DNA of 32,000 bases from Erysipelotrichaceae bacterium MTC7 (GTDB lineage: Bacteria; Bacillota_I; Bacilli_A; Erysipelotrichales; Erysipelotrichaceae). Below are positions 18,016 to 25,250 of the stretch, piece after piece. Below the pieces are notes generated by a model. The model was not told the DNA's origin, did not search any database, and saw only the letters and a program-made list of their open reading frames with translations. The position numbers were made by a program, and so were the translations under genes. Location of the stretch: positions 16,822-48,821 of the forward strand of contig LVZN01000010.1 of NCBI GenBank assembly GCA_001695645.1, in the 5' to 3' direction. How positions within the stretch are numbered: position 1 is the first letter of the stretch; each line of letters begins with the position of its first letter.

Positions 18016-19869
18016 ATGAAACGATATATACAAAAACACAGAAATCAAATAACAATCTTTACATTGGTTGTCATAGTTGTTGCCTTTGTGCTTCACTACG
18101 CTTTTCACCAAACGCAACAAAGTGAAATTTTATTACTGGTTGCATCCGTTGTTGGGGGTATACCTATTTGGATGCAAGCATTGGAAGCGTTGCGTCTTAA
18201 AATCATTAGCATTGATTTACTAGTAAGTATTGCAATCATTGGTGCGTTGACCATTCAAAACTATGAGGAATCTGCCATTGTCGCATTCTTGTTTTTGTTT
18301 GGACTTTCCTTAGAACAAAGAACATTGGCAAAAACTCGATTGGCAATTCAAGAACTTGTTTCTATGGCACCCAAACGAGCGTTACGAGTTGGAGTTGATG
18401 AGGCTGTAGAAGAAGTTGATGTTGATGATTTGCAGTTTGGGGATGTACTGCTTGTAAAAACGGGGGGTCAAATTCCGGTGGATGGTTTGGTCATTGCCGG
18501 TGAAGGTTATAGTAATGAAGCAACCATTACTGGAGAGTCACTGCCTGTGTTTAAACAAAAAGATGACCCAGTGTATGCAGGAACAATCCTAGAAAATGGA
18601 ACTTTGCGTATTTATGCCCAAAAGGTTGGAGAAGATACTACTTTTGGTAAAATCATCGAACTTGTCGAAGAAGCGCAAGATGCCAAATCTCAAGCGGAGC
18701 GGTTTATTGACCGATTTTCTAAATACTATACGCCGGTTGTTTTATTACTCGCTTTGGTTGTTTGGTGGATTTCGCAAAGTGTGGAACTAGCTATTACAAT
18801 TTTGGTTTTGGGTTGTCCAGGAGCGTTGGTAATTGGTGTTCCCGTATCCAATGTGTCTGGTTTAGGAAATGGAGCAAAACACGGTGTGCTCTTAAAAGGA
18901 AGTAGTGTCATCCAAAGTTTTAGTAAAGTTGATACGATGGTATTTGATAAAACGGGGACACTGACTGTGGGTAACCCTGAAGTGGTACATGTAATCAGTT
19001 ATACAAAAAAACAAGATCAAGCATTGCAATATCTGGTGAGCGTTGAAAGGGAATCTCAGCATCCACTAGCTAAAGCAATCATTGAAGCATACAAAGACAT
19101 CCAAAGTTTACCAGTAAGTCAAACACGTGTTATTCGTGGTGATGGAATCATTGCGAAAGTCGCTGGAGAAGTGGTGATGGTTGGAACGCCGACCTTATTA
19201 AAAAATCATCAGGTTATATTTAACAAACAGATGGAAGCTGATATTGCAGAACTCGAAAATCAAGGTCATTCACTTGTACTTGTAAGTGTTGGTGGAAGTG
19301 TAGCATTATTGATTGGCATTCGTGATGTCTTGCGTCAAGATATTGTTAAAGATCTTCTAGATTTACAGAAAATGGGTATAAGTGATTTGGTTTTACTGTC
19401 TGGAGATAGTCAAAGTGCTGTTGATGTCATCGCTCGTCAACTGGGTCTTTCAAAAGCTTTTGGGAAGATGTTGCCTAAAGATAAAGCGGCATATGTGAAA
19501 GAACTTCAACAACAAGGACATGTAGTTGCATTTGTTGGGGATGGCATTAATGATAGCCCTTCGCTTGCGCAAGCAGATATAGGTATTGCCATGGGTTCAG
19601 GAACTGATGTAGCCATTGAAACCTCTGATGTTGTGTTAATGAATTCTGATTTTCATAAACTACCATACGCACTTGGATTGGCCAAAGCTACCAATCGAAA
19701 TATGAAACAAAACATTATAATTGCAATAGCAGTAGTCATCTTCCTTTTGCTTGGTGTGTTTTTCAGTCAATGGATGAATATGGCAATTGGTATGTTTGTC
19801 CATGAAGGTAGCATTCTTGTTGTTATTCTTAATGGTATGCGATTATTGAAATATAAATTAAAAAAATGA
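18016..19869 (+). CDS. Heavy-metal-translocating P1B-type ATPase without an N-terminal metal-binding domain
   Basis: TGES, DKTGTLT, GDGINDSP. The transmembrane metal motif is GCPGAL (CPG, codons 18824-18832) and the last helix carries HEGS (19801-19812). About 8 hydrophobic helices. Metal specificity cannot be read from the sequence. Confidence 0.85.
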   Translation: MKRYIQKHRNQITIFTLVVIVVAFVLHYAFHQTQQSEILLLVASVVGGIPIWMQALEALRLKIISIDLLVSIAIIGALTIQNYEESAIVAFLFLFGLSLEQRTLAKTRLAIQELVSMAPKRALRVGVDEAVEEVDVDDLQFGDVLLVKTGGQIPVDGLVIAGEGYSNEATITGESLPVFKQKDDPVYAGTILENGTLRIYAQKVGEDTTFGKIIELVEEAQDAKSQAERFIDRFSKYYTPVVLLLALVVWWISQSVELAITILVLGCPGALVIGVPVSNVSGLGNGAKHGVLLKGSSVIQSFSKVDTMVFDKTGTLTVGNPEVVHVISYTKKQDQALQYLVSVERESQHPLAKAIIEAYKDIQSLPVSQTRVIRGDGIIAKVAGEVVMVGTPTLLKNHQVIFNKQMEADIAELENQGHSLVLVSVGGSVALLIGIRDVLRQDIVKDLLDLQKMGISDLVLLSGDSQSAVDVIARQLGLSKAFGKMLPKDKAAYVKELQQQGHVVAFVGDGINDSPSLAQADIGIAMGSGTDVAIETSDVVLMNSDFHKLPYALGLAKATNRNMKQNIIIAIAVVIFLLLGVFFSQWMNMAIGMFVHEGSILVVILNGMRLLKYKLKK

Positions 19870-19874
19870 AAAAC

Positions 19875-19916
19875 TTGATAGGTATCAATTTTCTTTTGAA
19901 ACCTTTGCGTTACAGT
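19875..19916 (+). promoter_or_regulatory. Second FNR/FLP-type box plus -10-like element (internal promoter)
   Basis: TTGATAGGTATCAA at 19875-19888 is a perfect match. TACAGT at 19911-19916 lies exactly 22 nt downstream, the same spacing as at 17948-17989. Confidence 0.6.
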
Positions 19917-19942
19917 TAGTGTATAGAAAGAAGGTGTGAAAT

Positions 19943-20170
19943 ATGCAAAAAGCCGTACTACAACTCGAAACCTTGGCATGTCCAACATGTATGCAAAAAA
20001 TTGAAGCTGCACTAAAAAACGTGGATGGTGTTGATAAAGCCAGTGTCAAAGTATTATTTAATGCCAGTAAGGCAAAACTTGATTTTGATGCATCAAAAAC
20101 GACATTAGCAACCATTCAAAAAGCTGTAGAAACCATTGGTTATGAAGTTCTAAAAGCCAGTGAAAAGTAA
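19943..20170 (+). CDS. Heavy-metal-associated (HMA) domain metallochaperone-like protein (CopZ-like)
   Basis: 75 aa. N-terminal LETLACPTCMQKIE (CxxC) and a ferredoxin-like HMA layout ending in IGYEV. RBS AGAAGGTG. Confidence 0.8.
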   Translation: MQKAVLQLETLACPTCMQKIEAALKNVDGVDKASVKVLFNASKAKLDFDASKTTLATIQKAVETIGYEVLKASEK

Positions 20171-20188
20171 CGGGAAAGGAGTGATACC

Positions 20189-20485
20189 ATGACTATAAAA
20201 GAATATATACAAGAACATCAAGAACGTTTGGATTTGTATACGAAAGCAATTGTTAAAGCGCATGGTCAACATCATCCAGAAGTGTATGAAGTGCGTGAAC
20301 TGTATAAGGAAATTGAAATGCGTAGTTTGCATGATCAAGATGTGCAGCAAGCACTTACCAAACTTAAAACAGTAACAAGTGATTTCGCTGTTCCCAGTGA
20401 TGTTTGTCAAACGTTTTTACAAACCTATGAAATGTTAGGTGAACTTGCTGAAATCGCTGCTAGTGAAAGGCAAAGTGCTTGCTAG
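20189..20485 (+). CDS. Short RIC/ScdA-like (hemerythrin-fold fragment) protein
   Basis: 98 aa. IKEYIQEHQERL...VKAHGQHHPEVYEVRELYKEI and FAVPSDVCQTFLQTYEMLGELAE parallel the ...VHGxxHP... and ...PxxACxTWxxxYxxLxxLE segments of di-iron ScdA/YtfE proteins, as I recall them. It lacks the N-terminal domain and the final HxxxE helix. RBS AAAGGAG. Confidence 0.4.
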   Translation: MTIKEYIQEHQERLDLYTKAIVKAHGQHHPEVYEVRELYKEIEMRSLHDQDVQQALTKLKTVTSDFAVPSDVCQTFLQTYEMLGELAEIAASERQSAC

Positions 20486-20522
20486 TTTTCACGCACTACT
20501 CTAAGATAAAGAAAAGGAGGTA

Positions 20523-21197
20523 ATGATGATGAGTGAACATATTTGCGTATCGCTTGTTCCTTTGTTTAATCATTTAGATATGAAGGATCAAAAAGTTATC
20601 AATACGTTAGCTAGACATAAGGATGTTACCAAAGGTGAACGAATCTTTTCGCCTGGTGATGAAAAACTTGTCATTGTTGCCAGTGGAAACATGAAAGTTT
20701 ATCAGCTATCCGTGAATGGAAAAGAACAACTGCTGCGTGTAGTTGAACCAGGTGGTTACGAAGGTGAAAACCAACTGTTTGGTGCAACAAATGACAGTGT
20801 CTTTGGAGAAGCTTTGGAAAATATGGAAATTTGTTTTATAAACAAAGAAGACTTTCGTAAACTGTTGCTTGAGTATCCACAATTGACATTGAAATTGTTA
20901 GAAATCAACGCACAAAAATCGCTTGTTCTGGAACAACAGGCACGTTTTCTTTCCATGGAAAAAGTTGAAGAACGTTTGGCTACCTACTTACTGGATGTAA
21001 CGAAAGTTGTGGGTACTACAAAATATACATTGCCTTTAAAAATGAAGGAACTTGCTACCTTTCTAGGGACAACCCCAGAAACATTGTCACGTAAATTCAA
21101 ACAACTTGAAAGCAAAATGTATCTACGTCGTCAACAAAAACAGGTGGAAATTTTAGATAGGGAAGGCCTAGAAAGGATCATCTCAAATATGCGTTAA
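20523..21197 (+). CDS. Crp/Fnr family transcriptional regulator (FLP-like)
   Basis: N-terminal cNMP-binding-like beta-roll (ERIFSPGDEKLVIVASGNMKVY...LLRVVEPGGYEGE) and a C-terminal helix-turn-helix (MKELATFLGTTPETLSRKFKQL). There is no N-terminal Cys cluster, so it is not a classical 4Fe-4S FNR. Three tandem ATGs lie at 20523, 20526 and 20529, and GGAGG spacing favours the second or third. Confidence 0.85.
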   Translation: MMMSEHICVSLVPLFNHLDMKDQKVINTLARHKDVTKGERIFSPGDEKLVIVASGNMKVYQLSVNGKEQLLRVVEPGGYEGENQLFGATNDSVFGEALENMEICFINKEDFRKLLLEYPQLTLKLLEINAQKSLVLEQQARFLSMEKVEERLATYLLDVTKVVGTTKYTLPLKMKELATFLGTTPETLSRKFKQLESKMYLRRQQKQVEILDREGLERIISNMR

Positions 21198-21234
21198 TCA
21201 AAAAAAATGGTTGTCAAAACACGAAGCGTGAAGC

Positions 21235-21257
21235 GGATATGGATGACCATATTTTTT
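21235..21257 (+). terminator. Weak rho-independent terminator
   Basis: ATATGG, loop ATGA, CCATAT, followed by TTTTTT. Confidence 0.4.
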
Positions 21258-21466
21258 ACACCTTAAGTTAGCGTTATCTAACCTAAGGGTGAGAAGTATG
21301 CATCTTGCGATGGAAAGTAGTTGTAGGTTGGATCACGCTTGGCGTATGTCTATCAACATAAAGAAACTGGTTGCAATGTTCAGTACGTGCACAAGTGTTC
21401 ATCTTCATGAGTTTCATGCTAGATGACAACACTACTAGGAAATATAAGAAAGTAGAGGAAAAATAA

Positions 21467-21886
21467 ATGAATAAAGTTCTAATTGTATACTGGTCAATGA
21501 CAGGTAATACAGAAGCCATGGCAAATGCCTTAGCAGAAGGATGTACAGAAGCAGGTAATGAGGTCACATGTGTGAATGTTTCTGAAAGTCCAAGTTTGGA
21601 TGGATATGACGCGTACCTATTTGGTTGTTCATCCATGGGGGACGATGCATTGGATGAAGCAGAATTCAATCCATGGTTTGCTTCAATTGAAGCTGATTTA
21701 AAAGACAAAAAGGTTGCTCTTTTTGGTTCTTATGGTTGGGGTGATGGTCAATGGATGCGTGACTGGGTCATTCGTACCAAAGAAGCCGGTGCAAATCTAT
21801 ATCAAGAAGGTCTTATTGTTAATGAAAGTCCAAGTGATGATGATCTTGCAACTTGTAAAGCGTACGCGAAAGCATTTATTGCATAA
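21467..21886 (+). CDS. Short-chain flavodoxin
   Basis: MNKVLIVYWSMTGNTEAMA (FMN phosphate-binding T/SxTGxT loop), GCSSMGDD, FGSYGWGDG. 139 aa. RBS AGAGGAAAA. Confidence 0.9.
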   Translation: MNKVLIVYWSMTGNTEAMANALAEGCTEAGNEVTCVNVSESPSLDGYDAYLFGCSSMGDDALDEAEFNPWFASIEADLKDKKVALFGSYGWGDGQWMRDWVIRTKEAGANLYQEGLIVNESPSDDDLATCKAYAKAFIA

Positions 21887-21912
21887 AAAAATTCCAACTT
21901 GGAATTTTTTTT
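21885..21912. terminator. Bidirectional terminator
   Basis: AAAAAATTCC, loop AACTT, GGAATTTTTT, lying between the convergent flavodoxin and TetR genes. Confidence 0.8.
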
Positions 21913-22528
21913 ATAAATATTCATCTTTGTAAAAACGTTTGCGTAGCATAATGAAGTACGCTTCAAAGTTTTTAATGACCGCATCAATATCATCTTGTAG
22001 CAGTTTTTGATTTGTCTCGATGTAACCATATGATGCATAAGTGATTAGTTCAAGCAATAATGGAATATCGTTTGGATCTTTAAATTTATACGTGTCTGCA
22101 CGTTCAATAAGAGAACTCCAAGCTTCATCTACCATTTCGTTTTTATATTTGACAATGATGTCTTTTACAAAGGGATCGTTATCGTTGTAAACCCGTAAAA
22201 GAAAACTGTAGCTGTCTGGATGCTTTTTCATCACCTTTACTTTGGTGTGCATAGAATGCAATATAAATTCAAAGATATCTGAAATCTCCAAATAGTTTGA
22301 TTCTTGCAGCCCATCCATCACAATGCGGATGACATAAACAAAGGCAACTTCAAACATATTCTTTTTATTACCGAAATAATGAAACAACAATCCTTTTGAA
22401 ATTCCTGCATCTTTTACCATTTGATTTGTACTTGCTTTTTGGTATCCATGGTTGGCAAATTCTTTAATTATTGCGTTCATTAAAGGGATTTGTTTACTTT
22501 TTTCTATCTTGTCTAATGTATCTTTCAT
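21911..22528 (-). CDS. TetR/AcrR family transcriptional regulator (probably leaderless)
   Basis: Helix-turn-helix at NAIIKEFANHGYQKASTNQMVKDAGISKGLLFHYFGNKKNMF. The ORF extends to 22543, but the -10 hexamer occupies 22535-22540, so the ATG at 22528 (7 nt after the -10, no SD sequence) is the likely start. Confidence 0.8.
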   Translation of the reverse strand: MKDTLDKIEKSKQIPLMNAIIKEFANHGYQKASTNQMVKDAGISKGLLFHYFGNKKNMFEVAFVYVIRIVMDGLQESNYLEISDIFEFILHSMHTKVKVMKKHPDSYSFLLRVYNDNDPFVKDIIVKYKNEMVDEAWSSLIERADTYKFKDPNDIPLLLELITYASYGYIETNQKLLQDDIDAVIKNFEAYFIMLRKRFYKDEYL

Positions 22529-22534
22529 ATTCAT

Positions 22535-22575
22535 ATTATACATCAGTTGACCAATCTGGTCAATGTATGTATAAT
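22535..22575. promoter_or_regulatory. Divergent overlapping promoters sharing a 17-bp palindromic operator
   Basis: Plus strand: TTGACC (22547-22552), 17 nt, TATAAT (22570-22575). Minus strand: TTGACC (complement of 22558-22563), 17 nt, TATAAT (complement of 22535-22540). The two -35 boxes are the two arms of TTGACCA-ATC-TGGTCAA (22547-22563). Confidence 0.7.
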
Positions 22576-22613
22576 AAAATCATTCTTAGCGATGACTAAG
22601 GGAGAGGAGCGTT

Positions 22614-23504
22614 ATGGACACAGTTATTAAAATTGATAAGCTTCAAAAGAAATTTGGAAAATTTGAAGCGCTTAAAGATGTTAGTTTTGAAGTAAAAAAA
22701 GGAGAAGTTGTTGGTTTTATTGGACCAAATGGTGCTGGTAAAAGTACAACAATCCGCGTGCTATTAGGGATTTTAAAACGCAGTGGAGGTTCCGTTGAAG
22801 TGTTTGGAAAAGATGCTTGGGATGATGAAATCGAAATCCACAAACGTTTGTCGTATGTGCCTGGAGATGTTGCCTTATGGGGAAACATGACAGGTGGAGA
22901 AATCATTGATTTATTTATCAAACTTCATGGTGGGGCAAAACGCAACAAGCGTGATGAACTTATTAAAAAGTTTGAATTGGATCCAAAGAAAAAGGCAAAG
23001 AACTATTCCAAAGGAAATCGCCAAAAAGTAGGTTTGATTGCAGCTTTGAGTGTAGATAGTGATTTGTACATTCTGGATGAACCCACGAGTGGACTTGACC
23101 CGTTAATGGAGGCCGTCTTCCAAGAAGAAATTGAACAATTAAAAAACGAAGGAAAATCGATTTTATTATCGAGTCATATTTTAAGTGAAGTAGAACGACT
23201 TGCAGACCGTGTGGTAATCATTCGTGAAGGTGTCGTTGTGGAACAAGGAACACTTGATGAAATGCGTCATCTAACACGTTCCAATGTTATTTTACAAACA
23301 ACAGGTGACTTGTCTGTTTTCAAAAACATGACGGGAGTTTATGATCTTCAACAAAAAGGCAAAGAATTGAGTTTCTCAATCGATCATGAACATATCAATG
23401 ATTTGTTGAAAGTTGCAGCAACGATGCCGATGGACAAATTTGAAATGGTTCCACCAACTCTTGAAGCATTGTTTATCACGCATTATGAAAATGATGAAGC
23501 TTAG
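22614..23504 (+). CDS. ABC transporter ATP-binding protein (ABC-2 subtype)
   Basis: Walker A GPNGAGKST, signature YSKGNRQK, Walker B YILDEPTSGLD, H-loop SSH. RBS GGGAGAGGAG. Confidence 0.9.
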   Translation: MDTVIKIDKLQKKFGKFEALKDVSFEVKKGEVVGFIGPNGAGKSTTIRVLLGILKRSGGSVEVFGKDAWDDEIEIHKRLSYVPGDVALWGNMTGGEIIDLFIKLHGGAKRNKRDELIKKFELDPKKKAKNYSKGNRQKVGLIAALSVDSDLYILDEPTSGLDPLMEAVFQEEIEQLKNEGKSILLSSHILSEVERLADRVVIIREGVVVEQGTLDEMRHLTRSNVILQTTGDLSVFKNMTGVYDLQQKGKELSFSIDHEHINDLLKVAATMPMDKFEMVPPTLEALFITHYENDEA

Positions 23505-23516
23505 GTGGTGAGTAAG

Positions 23517-25127
23517 ATGAATCGTAATTTTGCGCTATGGGAATATTTATTTATTCAGTATTTAAAGCGAGATTGGAAAAAGATCGTTTTTTGGATTGTT
23601 GGTTTGGGTTTGTTTTGTGGAGGGTTTATTCCTTTCTTTGAAGAAATTGCCAAAGGTGATGGACTGTTAGGTATGTATGAAACCATGCAAAACCCAGCAA
23701 TGATTTCTATTGTTGGACCAACACCGATTCGTGATCCACAAGCATATACGATTGGAGCGATGTATTCCAATGAAATGTTATTGTTTTGTGGCTTGTTTGC
23801 CTTTATTATCTCAGTGATGCATGTGGTAGGTCACACACGCAGAGAAGAAGATTTGGGGCTTCAAGAATTGATTCGTTCGTTCCGTGTTGGTCGCGAAGCA
23901 AATGCACTTGCAGTCATGGTGGAAACGGTGTTGATCAACCTTGTGCTTGCTTTATTTGTTTGTGGTTTGATGGTGTCATTCAATTTAACTGGAATCGATG
24001 GTACAGGATCGCTATTGTTTGGTTTATCCATTGCGATGCTTGGAATTGTTGGTGCAGTTGTTGGATTGTTGATGGCACAAATTATGTCTACTTCAGCCGG
24101 AGCGATTGGTGGAAGCATTGCACTTTTAATCGTATTGTATATTGTTCGTGCGACAACGGATATCTCCAATGTTTCACTTTCGATGATGAACCCGTTAGGA
24201 TGGGGATATTTAACCTATCCGTTTGTCGAGAACAACTGGCTACCAATTGTATATGCACTCTTATTCACGATCGTTGGTATCTTTGTGGCGTTCGTATTAG
24301 AAAGTAAACGCGATATGCAAGATGGCTACATTCCACAATTTGAAGGAAACGCGCATGCAAGCAAACGCATGTTGAGTGTGCCAGGAATGTTTTGGCGTAT
24401 TACACGAGGCACAAACATTGCATGGCTTGTCGGTTTTGTAGTTATGGGAGCTGCTTATGGTTCTGTATATGCAGACATGCAAGCCTTCCTAAACAGCAAT
24501 GAGTTGATGCAACAGATGTTTACCGTACAAGGAATTTCCATTGAGGTATCCTTTACAGCGACCATTATGTTTGTCGTGCAAGGATTGGCGATCATATTAC
24601 CAATTGTTGTCATCAACAAACTGTATCATGAAGAACGTCGTGGTCATTTATCACAAATCTTTTCCACAAAGGTCAGTCGTTACCAACTTTACTGGTCAGT
24701 GATTGGACTTGCAATTGTCTTAAGTTTTGTTGCTAACGTTGCTGGTTCTTTAGGTCTTGGTGGTACTGCCTTAGCATCGATGTCGCATACAACAATGACA
24801 CTACAAGATTTTCTAGGTGCAGGACTCAACTATTTTACCATTTTCTTGTTTTTTATTGGACTAGGTGGTTTGTGTATTGGTTTTGCTCCTAGACTTGGTA
24901 AATTGTTGTATTTGTATTTAGGATACTCATTTATGGTTAGTTATTTCTTGAACTTATTAAATTTACCAGAATGGGTCAACAACACTTCTGCTCTAAACTG
25001 GGTGAGTCGTGTACCAATGGAAGCATTTGATATATCTTCCTTTATGATTGTAGGGGTAATTGGACTTACCATGATGCTCATTGGTGCGTTTGCATATCGT
25101 AAACGAGATCTTCACGAAGGTGTCTAA
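23517..25127 (+). CDS. ABC-2 type exporter permease (large, about 12 hydrophobic segments)
   Basis: Polytopic membrane protein immediately after the ATPase gene. I chose the ATG at 23517 (AGGTGGTGA 8 nt upstream) over the GTG at 23505. Confidence 0.7.
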   Translation: MNRNFALWEYLFIQYLKRDWKKIVFWIVGLGLFCGGFIPFFEEIAKGDGLLGMYETMQNPAMISIVGPTPIRDPQAYTIGAMYSNEMLLFCGLFAFIISVMHVVGHTRREEDLGLQELIRSFRVGREANALAVMVETVLINLVLALFVCGLMVSFNLTGIDGTGSLLFGLSIAMLGIVGAVVGLLMAQIMSTSAGAIGGSIALLIVLYIVRATTDISNVSLSMMNPLGWGYLTYPFVENNWLPIVYALLFTIVGIFVAFVLESKRDMQDGYIPQFEGNAHASKRMLSVPGMFWRITRGTNIAWLVGFVVMGAAYGSVYADMQAFLNSNELMQQMFTVQGISIEVSFTATIMFVVQGLAIILPIVVINKLYHEERRGHLSQIFSTKVSRYQLYWSVIGLAIVLSFVANVAGSLGLGGTALASMSHTTMTLQDFLGAGLNYFTIFLFFIGLGGLCIGFAPRLGKLLYLYLGYSFMVSYFLNLLNLPEWVNNTSALNWVSRVPMEAFDISSFMIVGVIGLTMMLIGAFAYRKRDLHEGV

Positions 25128-25159
25128 ACCGACGGTTTCGTACATCAAAGAAAGTAAAA

Positions 25160-25211
25160 GGACTGCGACAGATTGCCAAATATAGCCAAATCTGGATTGC
25201 AGCCCTTTTTT
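25160..25211. terminator. Bidirectional terminator hairpin (T1)
   Basis: The GGACTGC...GATT and AATC...GCAGCCC arms give an upper 6-bp stem and a lower 6-bp stem, followed by TTTTTT on the plus strand and TTTTACTTTCTTT on the minus strand. It is nested inside a perfect 12-bp inverted repeat, AAGTAAAAGGAC (25152-25163) with GTCCTTTTACTT (25228-25239). Confidence 0.7.
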
Positions 25212-25250
25212 CAATGCCAACGCTAGTGTCCTTTTACTTGGAATAAACAT

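Noticed and set aside
20083-20098. Perfect 16-bp palindrome TTTTGATGCATCAAAA inside the HMA protein gene
   Set aside because: It has FNR-like half-sites but an N2 spacing instead of N4, and it lies in coding sequence (DFDASK). It is probably coincidental.
21283-21708. 141-aa minus-strand ORF
   Set aside because: It overlaps the flavodoxin gene in antisense and runs into its leader. The flavodoxin call is much stronger, and this ORF has no RBS.
22633-22646. Near-FNR box TTGATAAGCTTCAA (9 of 10 positions)
   Set aside because: It has one mismatch and lies inside the ABC ATPase coding region, 20 nt after the start codon. A similar 9-of-10 match occurs inside the ABC-FtsX gene. I treated both as background.
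23786-24307. 173-aa plus-strand ORF rich in Cys and Trp
   Set aside because: It is an out-of-frame overlap inside the ABC-2 permease gene. Its composition is an artefact of frame-shifting Gly/Val/Leu-rich membrane codons.
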